Positions 48,182 to 60,620 of a DNA stretch of 61,339 nucleotides are shown one piece after another. Origin of the DNA: Paraglomus brasilianum. Lineage: Eukaryota. The notes beneath the pieces are model-generated. The model searched no databases and was not told the origin of the DNA. It was given only the letters and a program-made list of their open reading frames with translations. A program made the position numbers and the translations under genes. Location of the stretch: the NCBI GenBank assembly GCA_910592345.1, contig CAJVPI010000071.1:1-61339 (forward strand). Reading direction: 5' to 3'. The first letter of the stretch is position 1; each line of letters begins with the position of its first letter.

Positions 48182-50264
48182 GAGAATAGCAGTCTGTAAC
48201 GCAATGAGGTATTTTAGTAATAAGAATAAGCATATATTAATTTATTGTTTACTTAAAATATTGGTTTACTGTTGTTTGTTTCAGTTGACTACGTTTTTTA
48301 ACAAATCTTTGAAGACTGTTTGCATAACAAAAAATAAGCACACGTTTTCTAGATTTGTTAATACACTACTGGCACTAACAACGCTATTATCCCTTTCTTC
48401 AGTATTTCCCTCATTAATTTCTCTAAACGTCTCTACGACTTTTCTAATCGGTTGGTCACCAACTAGAATACCATCAGGAATGAACAGAAACTCGTTAGCT
48501 TGCATTCAAGTCTGAGAGAAGAAGCTTATTGATTAGTCATCAAGAGTTTCACCATGTATTGCTGCTCGAGCCGTGTGTGGGGAACTCGCAATACAGACTA
48601 GTCGACAGCAACAACCGCGAACAACAACTATGCTACTAACAACAATTAATACTAGCAATATAGTTAATAACGAACGATTATTCAAATTTCAAAAAAGAGA
48701 ATAGTTTTATCTGCATTCCAGAACTAGCCCTACCATCCTTATAAAGTTTACCTATTGCTCTCGGTGATAATCCGCCAGAAACTAAGAAACGTTAAATAAT
48801 TTTCTATCAGCTTGCCATTTTTAACAAGTTCAAGATCGTAACCATGCTTACGCTTTACATAAATTAACTTTTATTTTGCCTTCCAAGTATATAATATCAG
48901 AAAGCTTAAAAATAAAAGTCTTTGGAAAGAGATTAAGATTGGGAAAAGCACCTATGTTAATTTGATTCAAAGCATGTCGTCAAGATTGAATAAAATGATG
49001 GACGGGAATGGTTTAAGATAAGCTATTACTATTGGGTAGCAACAAATAAGGCAAGTGTTGTGCTATGAAGAGCATATCTGTAAATTTTCATAAAAATGTT
49101 ATTCTAAAAACTTTTATGAGCATACCTAATTTTTTATATACTATTTGTAGATTTATCCAAGAAAGCGTGCAAAAGATCAACGTGATCCCAAAGGCATCAA
49201 AAAAGTCAGTATGAATTTGCGATGTTGTCGGTATCGACAAGTATTAATTCAAAGAAAATATATATATCAATATGATATGAGGGTAAAGTGACTGGTCTTA
49301 ATTAAAAAAATACAATTTCTTTTTTATTTTCCGAATTCCCATTCAATCCGTAACGTCCAAGTCCCATATTTTCTTGGATGGTATTCTTCTTCCATAGTAG
49401 TTTGTGGTGTTATGAACGTATGAGTGATCAAAGTCTGTGCTGTCAGTGCTCGTTTTGCCAAGATATAAAATACAGAGAGCTGCCATACTTTTTATGGAGA
49501 TAAGTTTCTGTATTCCACCATTTTATTGACCAAGGAATTAGGAATAGCGATGATTGAGGGATCAAGCGAATAATTCTTTAAATATTGAGCCTGAAAATAA
49601 TGAAATAATACAATTCAATTTGGAAACTTAGAAAAGCTGATAGAATCAAATAAATCGTATTCCCATTTCTGTTACAATATAATTGTACTACTTCTATGTT
49701 TAGTGGATTGTAAAAAAAAAAACAAGTCATTTTGCATTTCAATAATGGGAAAAGACTAACATTGGATAACAGGTTCAAACTGTTGCAATATACCTGCTCC
49801 AAATGTTTGGGTAACGTGGTTACGTCATCTACAGTGAAAGTTTGTGTGAATCAATCAATAGTAAAACATATGAAAACAAAAACTTTTTTGAAACATTTCA
49901 CTGTTATATTTACAATATAAGTAGCAATGCTTTTACATTGATTTGAAGAAAATTGATTGTACTTTTTGAAAAAAAGAAAGATAAACAAAAATACACTATT
50001 GTTATAAGGCTGTAGTTTAATAAAGTGAGTAGTAGATAAACGCATATATTCCCACAAAGATTCACAAACTTTTTGGTACCTCCTGTATCTTTATTGCAGC
50101 TTGCTTACCTCATATAAATCCTAGATTTATACAGTGACGCAAATTATATACAACATATTCAATTGTAACGGGATTACGCTCGACGCCTTGCGAAGGGTGA
50201 AAAGACTGAACTGAGAAAGAGTATATAGAGCTCGACACGACACCAAGCAAAACGTTAATGCTTC

Positions 50265-50760
50265 TTAGAAGGAATACGGGTAATTAATACCAAGATGGTA
50301 AAGGGTACCCCTTTCCGTCGGCTCCAATTTTCCAAGTAATGAGAGCAGCGCGCTTGCTTTGCTACCGAAAGCCAGAGCCATTGTTATATTACCATTCTCA
50401 GTTCTAATATAATCGCAATTTGCACAATTTGATGGACGTATGCTACCATCCACAAAATTACCTTTGATAAACACGTGTCGCGAATCCGAATCCTTGAGCA
50501 TTCTCGATTTTTCCCACTCATCGCTAGACGATACGTAAGCGAGTTATCATATATCTTTGCGGTGGCATTACATACGGTATAATGTCCATCTATATTTGCA
50601 TTAGGCGTAGTACTGTTCGCATTTTGATAAAGCACTGCATTACCTCTTACTTCTCATCCACACAACCCATCAAAAATTCCAGTGCAAAATTAAACCTGAT
50701 CATAGATTAGGTCGCAGGCTTGCTTCAATACCAATATAAATACAAGATGTCCCGTATGCT
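50265..50760 (-). pseudogene. Frameshifted remnant of an unidentified, possibly extracellular protein
   Basis: Two overlapping minus-strand ORFs join by a 1-nt frameshift near 50500 (..YQNANSTTPN..CNATAKIYDNSLTYRL../..HVFIKGNFVDG..CANCDYIRTENGNITMALAF). They contain several N-X-S/T sequons. Confidence 0.35.
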
Positions 50761-52976
50761 AAAAGAAAGTATCTCCTGTAAATCTTCGCACCAGTTTAGG
50801 CCGTTCTGCCGGTGCTAATTCATTTGCGAATATCGAACAATAAGCGGACAAATGAAATATTCTAAAAATCGAAGAGCATTAATTTTATATTCGGGTATGC
50901 TAGACGCAACAAGTAGATTTGTCTCCTATAAAAATCATGATCAAGCGTCTTTACGATACTACAAAGCACATTGCAGAAAAAGACAGATGGATTGTGCCTT
51001 ACATGTCAGTATCATTATCAGGTTTTGTCTTTTTCGGCAGTGACCCTGTAACTCTTCCTCAGGAAACTGAGACCGTTTACGCTCTAACAGTATTGCCCAA
51101 TACTTATTATTTATAATCCAAAAAGAGTAATATATAAAAACTTAATTGGATTACCAGAGCCAGATTGCAATTGATCTTGAGTGACGCTACTGCTGAAATT
51201 ATCATGTAGTTCTGCTACTCGAGCAACCATTTCATTAGCATTAATGTTTACTGCCTTCTTCAAAGTTTTTCTCCAGAACTTGTCAACCTGGACTGAATTT
51301 GTTTCTTCCTAATTGAACAAAACAGAGAAAAAAAGCCCATTTAGACGTATCCTAAGGTGCGGCTCACTAGACGTATCCAGTGGGTTGTCAGACGTATCTC
51401 TAGCACCTCTTGGGCTAGACGCTCTCTTTGCGATTAACATATAATATAGCAGAGTTGTTGTCAAACCCCAATTTTCGAACTGTCTCATTACTGCGGGACT
51501 CTATCAAGCACGGATCTTTCCAAATCAGCGTCCACATATGTCTTGTAAACACGATGCTCACTGGCTCTGTCACTAAAATCGGGAGCATAGAACATACTCC
51601 ATTGTAAAAAACTTTCTAAACACCATGATACACTGTTTTCAAAATAGCGAAGTCTTTGCAGGTCAGACATATTTGTATCAGCAAAGTTCGACGCGTGCCA
51701 GGAGAAAAGTGTTAGCCCCGTGATTGCTTAATCATATTACTACCCATAAAAATTTCACGTTCATATGATCGCTAAAGGCGATTAGATGAATTCTTGAAGA
51801 TAAACATGTCAGATCAACCCCGTCCATTGGTAAAATCCCGGACTATAGTGTGAGACTTTATTCCAAGCTACACATACCGATATGGGCTACAGTCCACACT
51901 TTTATGGTCGTACAGCATATTAAATCGTTCTCATGCAGGGGAAATATGATTAACAGATTATGTCATCAGTACACGTTGTTGCGAAATTAAACCACAGTAA
52001 CAGTCCGAGCGGGCTGATTTGGACTAAGTGTATAAAAAAAAAAGTGTCTGAATTACTAACACAATAACTCATATACAGTATTAGTATAAGGGGACTGTAA
52101 GACAAATTTCCATTAAGCGTATATTGGAAATAGCCATCTGATTTTTTTTTTCCGGCTTAGTCATGAAATTAATGAGGTATTGTAATGATTAGAAATGACG
52201 AGAGATGACATTAACCAATCTTGTAACTGCTCGACCATTGCAATACATTACAACACCAATAAACCGAGTTATTGTCTTTGACTAGAAGGTAAGCAGCCTC
52301 TATATTTAGCAGTTTTGGATTCACATGTCCGTTTTGTGTGTTTGCAGGAAAACAAACAAAAAAAAGCCTCCCGCTTGGGTTGTATGAGAAAGAAAAGAAC
52401 TGACAGCAAAGAATGTTGAACCATTCTATTTGTTCATTGTTCGCTTGAACAAATACACGTAATCCGTTAAATTAACTTCACTAGACACGATAACGATTAT
52501 TCAACATTAGTAAATAACATGTTTGTGCTACGCTGTACTTTCTTTAAGCTTGAAGTCAACTTTACGAAGACATTTGTTTTGTGTTTTTACTTTTACTAGT
52601 CCGAAGGTTTGTTATTCTAAACATAATATACATACATATTTTCGAAGTAAAGAATATTCGGAGCACTACCAATAAAAACTTTTTTGTCACACCAAATGGT
52701 ACACTATATGCAGGGAAATTTTAAGTTAGAGATGATACTAGAATTGATCTTTCTGGAGCACGAGTAAAGTAGTGCATGAATAGTATCGTTTCAGGAGAGT
52801 AACAATCGTATCTATTGTCTGATATATGAATGCCATCGGTGAGGGCTATACCTTCTGAAAAGATATATAAGCTTCTGGAGGGAAAGTAGCAAAAAAATAC
52901 AAAAAAAAAAAAAAAAAAAGCAAACAAAAAAACCAAAAAAAAAACCAACCGAAATACTTTCGATAAATCGCCATTA

Positions 52977-53918
52977 ATGACAACCATTAACACTCCATTT
53001 TCAACTACTAAGCCTCCTTTCCCAACACCTCTGCTTTATTCTACAGATACTCTTACTTCACACGAACGCAATCTCTTACTTAATCCACCCTATATGCTCA
53101 ACATTTCCCCTGATTCTCTTATTAATCCAAAACGCAAAAACCAAAATTCAAATCCTCCCAGACCGTCCAATTGTTGGATTATTTTTCGCCAAAATTTTGC
53201 AATTGGATTACGATCTCAATACCCTGAAAATTCTTACAGTATTCAAAATGTTTCTAAAATGGCTTCTGAAGATTGGAAAAGTCAGCCAATTTTAGTCAAA
53301 CAGTACTTCGACACTCTTGCTAAATTGGCTCTGCAGCGTCATAAAGAAATTTACTCTGGCTACATTTACAGACCAAGAAGAGCGAGACAAAGCAGAAGAA
53401 AGAATTGGTCCTTTAAAATGATGAACAAAGATAAATTTATAGAACGTATGACTAGTGAAAACAATGCCGATAAGAAAAAGAAAGAAGAAAGAAGGGCTGG
53501 TGATAACTCTGCGCAACTAAACGCTAATGAACGACTCCAAACTTTGGACGAATCCGCTTGCTTTATCGAATATGGGCCAGTCGACTACGGTCATTCGCTT
53601 GGGCTGAACGTTAACGCATCGAATGAATATATATCAGTTGGATACAGTCAAAGAGACGAGCAAGATTCATCAACTGAGTATTGTGGACTAGTTCCATATA
53701 TTGATGAGCACGACTCACTGGATGGGATTAGTGAAAGCTTGTACTTTGATGAGTATGGCACCGATGTCACGATCAACAGTGGTGACGTAACTGAGATTAA
53801 TGATACATTTCGTTCGCTGTGCGGTAATAATGATACGTCAGCCGTTGAATATTATTATCAAGAAATCGTCGCAGGCTCGCTTGAAGACCTGTCATTTCCT
53901 CCGAGCGACAGCAACTAG
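52977..53918 (+). CDS. Intronless MATA_HMG-type HMG-box transcription factor (313 aa)
   Basis: PPRPSNCWIIFRQNF..NVSKMASEDWKSQPILVKQYFDTLAKLALQRHKEIYSGYIYRPRR. Pro-rich N-terminus of the AMF MATA-HMG type, acidic C-terminus. Confidence 0.92.
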   Translation: MTTINTPFSTTKPPFPTPLLYSTDTLTSHERNLLLNPPYMLNISPDSLINPKRKNQNSNPPRPSNCWIIFRQNFAIGLRSQYPENSYSIQNVSKMASEDWKSQPILVKQYFDTLAKLALQRHKEIYSGYIYRPRRARQSRRKNWSFKMMNKDKFIERMTSENNADKKKKEERRAGDNSAQLNANERLQTLDESACFIEYGPVDYGHSLGLNVNASNEYISVGYSQRDEQDSSTEYCGLVPYIDEHDSLDGISESLYFDEYGTDVTINSGDVTEINDTFRSLCGNNDTSAVEYYYQEIVAGSLEDLSFPPSDSN

Positions 53919-54444
53919 TCGGCTAGTCATCAATTTTGATCGAATAATGCTAGTTCATTTACTCTTTTATTTAAAGCACATCAGTTCTATCTCTCTTCAA
54001 TAACAATAGGACAAGATAATTCAAACTTCTATCAAGTGCTCGCTCATAGAACTTCTATACTCATTCCTCATAAGATTTATTAGTTTAGGATGCGGAATAC
54101 GGTTAGTGCCGTGATACCGAATATGCAATAATAAATTAACATGTATGTTGGGAAAGGAATTAACAATACTGGGCACACATGCGTAATGAATGGCAATATG
54201 TTCTCACGATAATATACAGATTCCCACGCTACCCAAAACAATGCTAGGGGTGCATGCACATGCAGGTCGGGTCTCTCGATTATTCAATTTGGAAGAAGGC
54301 CAAAACTTTCCATCGACAAGTCAAGTCAGTCCACCATGCATTACCGACTTGTCGAGTTTTGCAAGCGGCATATTTTAGGATTCGACAATCGATATCGCCG
54401 CTTTTTGTAATGTCAAACTTTTTTACACAATAGTTGAGTTTTCA

Positions 54445-54587
54445 ACTTTGTATATTATATCAATTAATCTCTTCATACGTACTTTGTATATTATATCAAT
54501 TAATCTCTTCACACGTACTTTGTATATTCATATCAATTAATCTCTTCAATACGTACTTTGTATATTCCTATCAATTAATCTCTTCAC
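54445..54587. repeat. 36-38-bp minisatellite x4
   Basis: ACTTTGTATATT(C)ATATCAATTAATCTCTTCA(T/C)ACGT repeated four times. Confidence 0.95.
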
Positions 54588-55508
54588 AACCTAATTCGTC
54601 TTAAATCAATCCAACTGTGCGACAAAAAAGATAATGAAAAATTTTTTGCATCACACAAATCATATCCCGTAACCTTATTATTGTGTGGGTTTATGGATCG
54701 GCTGGTTAATTAAGACCCAATATTAATATTTATAGTGGACCTGAAATAAGGTAAGAGATGCAACTATGCTAATATATAATACAGTCACACCTCAGGGACC
54801 AATTACCATTCTACTAATAATATCCCAACTGTCACGTCATTTCTATTTTTACGTTCTGCCATATTTTCATCAAGTTTATTTTTATAAGCAACATAAATCA
54901 GGCACATTTACGTACGTAATTTGTCAGCGATTGCATAGGAGGAGGAAATACTCGGACCAAAGCCATTAGGGAGTATTCGTATACTTTGATCGCGCTATCT
55001 ACGCTACATATCATTGGGAATATCATCAACATACTCTTTATCTACCTGTCCTTGAATTGTGTCCAGGTAGGGTTTTTTGAGGCGGAACGCATTTTCTCGC
55101 ATAAATTTGAGTGTCCGTATTCTAATTCAGCTCACGAATGAAGTTTTAAAATCTGAACAAATAATGAGCCATTTAATAGTGTTGTTGCGTGCGTGCTATG
55201 TTATGGGTGCTGATTTTGAAATAGTTGGTTTGTCTATCAAGCAGATGCAATAAAAAGTTTGAAAGCATGAAATGCATAGCCAGACGCCCTTTAATAATAA
55301 TGGCAAGATTGTGTTATTCAAATAAACAGGTAGTCGAAAATCATTTTTAACCAATACATTGATAAAATGGGGGTATCACTTCACTCACCAATCTTAATCT
55401 GTGGCGTTCAGTAATTTTGACCCCCTGAAATCTTTCTGTGGCACCATCTTCAATTATATTATTTCGAAAAAACTGGCCAAATTTATTTTTCTTGAATATT
55501 TAATCAGA

Positions 55509-58500
55509 ATGGCCGACTATTTTTCAAAAGCGGCAGCGCTTGCACAAAGCGCTGCCAAGCTATCAAAAAAGATGTCCGAGGGACTAGTCGAGAATGCTCG
55601 TGAATTTGGCCTGGAGGCAACGTCTAGTCAGCATTACTTTGACACTTCCGAAGAAAAAATGCTACATATCAGAAAGTATTTGGATTCAAGACACGATAGA
55701 GAGAAATTAGATGGTCTGAAAAGATTAATTGCTGTAAGCCTTGTTGATGTTCTTCCCTCATCATGATTCGCGTTAGCGCATGCACACGTACGTTCTCTTT
55801 AACTCACAGCTCTCGACTCTTCTTCACACATCGGCATAAAGATGATCTCAAAAGGCCGTGATGTGTCAGAATTCTTCCCAGACGTGGTAAAGAATGTAGC
55901 CTCGAACAATCTTGAAGTTCGAAAACTAGTCTATATATATCTCCTTCGATATGCAGAACAAGAACCTGATCTTGCGTTGCTGTCAATAAACACTTTTCAA
56001 AAAGACCTCACCGATCAGAATCCAATTATTCGAGCGATGGCGTTGAGAGTTATGAGTGGAATACGAGTACCTGTGATCGGTCCAATCGTTTTACTCGCTA
56101 TTAAAAAGTGCATCGTTGATTTATCGCCATACGTCAGGAAGGCTGCTGCTCATGCTATTCCGAAATGTTACAGGTAAGGAGATGGATGCATTATTTTTAC
56201 TCGATGAGAGACTGACATTTGCTTGTGTTGAGAGCTATAAATGCTTTTACCTTATAATTTGTTTCAAATTTAGTTTAGATCCTTCTCAGAAAGATGCATT
56301 GGTTGAGATAATAACTACCATGCTTAACGACAAGTCTACATATACAATCGGAAGTGTGATAATGGCATTTAATGAAGTATGTCCAGAGAGACTGGATTTA
56401 ATTCACCAGCATTATAGAAAGCTATGCAAAATGTTAGTTGACGCTGAAGAATGGGGGCAGATAGCAATAATAGGTCTATTGATTAGATATGCAAGGTAAG
56501 CTGTTGTTGATCGCTGTAGTTTTTGGTTTGTATGCATTATTTCTAAAGTGGAGCTTAATTACGGCCAGAACGCAGTTCTTAAATCCCAATCCTCAGGTAA
56601 TGTTACTTGGGCATCATATCAAATAACGGGCCGTTTAAAAATTTTGTGTGCGGTAACGAAAGGCGTTAAAGAAAGCCTAATTTTTACGTGATAATATTGC
56701 AGGGAATTAAGCATTCTACTAAGAAAAAAACAAAAGCATTCTACTCGGATGAGAGTTCTGATTCGTCCTCGTCATCTGTTGTCAAGCTTTGTCCTTTGGA
56801 TCCAGATCATGACTTACTTCTCAGATCTTGCATGCCATTACTACAAAGTCGGAACACTGCTGTAAATATTAACTGTCTACTAGTTGTCAAATCTGAGGGG
56901 CTATACGTTTATGGGTTAATACGAATATTGCATTCTATCAAAGGTGGTTCTATCAGTGGTCAAAATATTTTACTATCTTGCCCCCCAACAAGAAACATAT
57001 AAAATGGGAAAGTCACTGGTCAAACTACTCCGTTCTCATCGGGAGATACAATACGTTGTTCTCAAGAATATTATGATGATAGCGACTCAGCAGCCGGTGC
57101 GTACAAGTCGAGCAAAGACTGTAACGATTATATATGACAAATACTGTGCTTATTAATTATACTTTTTTTTTATTAGAATTTGTTTGAGCCCCATCTCCAG
57201 CAATTCTTTGTTAGAGCGACTGACCCTGCCTTTATTCGTGACTTGAAATTAGAGATAATGACACAGATTGCGACTGAAAGTAATATAACGTTTCTACTTA
57301 GAGAGCTTCAGGTTGTTGAATAGCTTCGTATTCATATGTGTTCTTATAAAACGTATCAAACATTTATTGATCATACCCACTCATTTTGCATTTAGGAATA
57401 TGTGAAAAGTCCAAACAAAGATTTTGCTACTTCGGCGATTCAGGCCATTGGGCGGTGTGCAATAGGAATGCCAGAGATGGCCGAGAACTGTCTAAACGGA
57501 TTAATGAAACTGTTGTGGAGCAAAAATGGTTGGTTTTTGAATAATAGTCGATTCGATTGTTGTATCTTATCCATTCTCTACTAATATGATGGCAATTTAT
57601 CAGACGCCATAGTCGGAGAGGCTGTATTAGTAATAAAAAGACTTCTCCAATTAAGACCACATGACAATGTAGAAATGATAACGCAACTCGCAAAGGCCCT
57701 CGATCAAATAACCGTTCCCATGGCCCGCGCTTCCATCTTCTGGCTAGTTGGACAATATGCACAAAAACTCGAGTTAGTTGCTCCAGACATCCTTCGCAAA
57801 GCTGCCAAGGACTTTTCTAACTCGGATGATGTTGTCAAATTACAAGTAATTACTTTGGCTGCCAAGCTTATTTGTTTGCATCCGACAGACCATACGCTGG
57901 AATTGTTGTACGAGTATATAATGAATTTGGCGCGATATGACGTGAATTATAATATCAGAGACAGAGCAAGGATGTTAAAGGGGTTGAGGGATGATCAACG
58001 ACTAGGAGAAAAGGATGGAGATGAGAAAAGTGTGGGGGTATTTGCTGAAAAGATGAAGATGATATTGCTTGGTAACAAGGAGGCGCCCATAGAGAGTCTA
58101 AGCATGGGTATGTTCTGATCTGATATGATAATATCGTTGTAATCGAGCACGTTTTAACAGTCTTGTCTTACCAATAGGGTCATGTAAATACACGCTTGGA
58201 TCAATGTCACTTGTTCTCGACCACCCAATGCCCGGATACGAACCGCTACCCGACTGGTCTACCAAAAAACCTGATCCGTCTGTCAGGAACACAGCGGTAT
58301 AAATGCAATATGTATATGCAGAAACTTTACGTTTGTTTTTGTTCTATTTCAAACGAGCGCCCTTTTTTTCCATAGGTTGATTCATATGACCGAACATTCG
58401 CTGTACAAGGCTTCGGCTCCGACTCATTTAGCCAGTTTACTCAACCTTCCACGTATTCTACACCAAGACGCGACAACGTACTCTACGATTTAGATAATTT

Positions 58501-58951
58501 CTACGATTCTACCGAGAGCGAAGAGGAGACTGAAGAAGAGACTGAGGAAGAAACTGAGGAAGAGACTGAGGAAGAGACTGAGGAAGATAGTGAAGAAGAG
58601 GCTGAGGAGGATAGTGAAGAAGAGAGCAAAGAGGTAGAAGGTAAGTACAAGGAATTAGATGTTGTTGTGAAGTTTAACATATACTTATTGTACACGGTTT
58701 TAGCACTACGTTATCATTCTATTGGCGACGAGACGTCAGAAAGTGAGGACGAAGACGAGAGCGAAGAGGAAGAGGACGATGATGAAAAAGAACAAGAAGA
58801 GGGAGGAAATAGTAATGAAAATGAAGAGGAAGAGGAAGAAGGTGATGATGACGACGATGACGATGAGGAAGTAGAAGTAACATCAGCATCCTCAGAAGAG
58901 AATGATACCGACAACCAACAAAGACATAGATTAATCACAAAGACATCATAA
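55509..58951 (+). CDS. APL6: AP-3 adaptor complex subunit beta (multi-exon) with an acidic C-terminal tail
   Basis: [128 protein letters not shown]. Confidence 0.95.
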
Positions 58952-59339
58952 CTATAATTTAATCAATATAAGCATCATTGTATTATTGATAATATGCGCG
59001 TTTGGGCATTAACTTCATACAATTATAATACTCATTCTGTTGAAAGTGTCTACTCTAAATATTCGTCCCTTTCATTACTTTTCGGAATCATAATAAATGC
59101 CCCCAGAAAGATTTATTTCAACCTGACAATGAGAATGTTCGATCAAGAGTCCAGGATAGACGACTCCCAAACATAGAATAGACACGCGTTGTAATGGTCC
59201 ACGTTCTTTATTAGCATATTAATGCAAAGTTGACACCAATAAAAAGCTCGGATAGTTTGATGGATATCCCATGACTATATGTGGGGCAGACTACAACAAA
59301 ACCAGACAAAGTGAACATTCTATTTATATTAATGAGAGG

Positions 59340-59566
59340 CTGATGTGGCAGGTCTAGTAAATAATGAGGTTAGGAGTCAGCTCCCCAAAGAAATAAGCGA
59401 TAACGCTTTGCAAACAAAAGCAGAGCGGGCTCGGAAAGTATATGCTCTTTTTGATGCTATCGGCGAGGATAAAATAGTTAGAATCAGATCTTTTACTCCG
59501 TCTACTATCCTCAAGTTATGTCACGAAAACATCGATCGTGTAATAATAATACTTCGTACTCATTAG
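59340..59566 (+). pseudogene. C-terminal fragment of an AMF-expanded protein family (..ERARKVY.LF..IG.DKI.RI.SF..)
   Basis: Motif LVNNEVRSQLP..ISDNAL..KAERARKVYALFDAIGEDKIVRIRSFTPSTILKL with no ATG-initiated N-terminus. Family resemblance is from recall, not a search. Confidence 0.5.
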
Positions 59567-59749
59567 TTGTGTAACATGTCCCGGATGTCACTCTCAGTAA
59601 ATTGACATTCGTTATACTTTGTGCGAACTATACAGTATCTATCACTTGGTGCATTAATATTGAATGACGCTCCGCTGATTCCTTGCTGTATGAAATTTCG
59701 CTTTGGGCTTAGAACGACGATCACGACACTATATAGACAGATTTGTTAA

Positions 59750-59843
59750 TAAAGTTCACTATAACCAGGTTTATTATTTATAAAAAATTCGGTTCTTGAC
59801 GGTGGGGTTCACTACAGCCAGAGTTCCGTTTAACCAGGTTCAC
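59750..59843. mobile_element. pogo-like element terminus
   Basis: Three GTTCACTA(T/C)A motifs ending in CAGCTTCAACTGTA. Confidence 0.45.
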
Positions 59844-60185
59844 TATAGACAGCTTCAACTGTATGTATATTTGATATGATCAGATTAATTAAATTATATC
59901 GGCAGTTTGGCCGGCAAATTTGACTTGTTACCAGTGAAAATTTTTTTACTGCGTGCACTCCGCGTAATGATACACTGATACCATTGTTGAAACAATTATG
60001 ACAGACGTGATATTATGACATGGTGTTGCATAGACATTTATACTTATGCGTGCGTGCGAAAACAATATCATCATCCATATGTAATATCGATATATGCATT
60101 GATACTAATACATGATTTGTAATCAATATATAAAACGTAAATCCTCTTTAGAAAAGGTAAATTCTCTTTTCCCTTTTTACGAAAT

Positions 60186-60620
60186 ATGGTTACAGAACTA
60201 CAAGACCCGGAAAAACTAGAAAGCCCGTATTTTAAAATACAAAGCACTCTTGAGCCACATAATCTTGTTAAGACATCTGAAATAATTTTACAGGCAGTGA
60301 ACGACCAACCGATGTTGACGTATTCCTACTGTCTGGAAATAGTATTTGAAGACGACAAGGCCTTATTTACCTTATGTCTTAATCAAGTCTTGTGGTTCGA
60401 TTTGTACTTGAGCAAAAAAGATTTAGACGTTGCCGCCAGGATTGCGAGAACATATGTTACAAATACCCGATTAACTGTACCATATGAAAATGACAAAATG
60501 GCACTGTTTGAGGTAGAACACAGTGAAACTATTGACAATTCGGCATTTAAATTGTGCGAATATGGCCAAATAAATTTCCGAGAATCGCTAAAACTAATAA
60601 CTATTACTAGGATAATATAA
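60186..60620 (+). CDS. Hypothetical protein (144 aa), intronless
   Basis: ATG-initiated ORF with globular-looking composition and a TATAAAA-like element ~55 bp upstream. No recognisable motif. Confidence 0.5.
   Translation: MVTELQDPEKLESPYFKIQSTLEPHNLVKTSEIILQAVNDQPMLTYSYCLEIVFEDDKALFTLCLNQVLWFDLYLSKKDLDVAARIARTYVTNTRLTVPYENDKMALFEVEHSETIDNSAFKLCEYGQINFRESLKLITITRII

Noticed and set aside
51488..51720. Short minus-strand ORF with coding-like composition
   Set aside because: Only 60-75 aa, with no motif or supportable exon structure.
52977..53918. Assignment as a Mucorales sexM/sexP mating-type locus
   Set aside because: No triose-phosphate transporter or RNA helicase gene flanks it, and MATA-HMG genes are multicopy in AMF.
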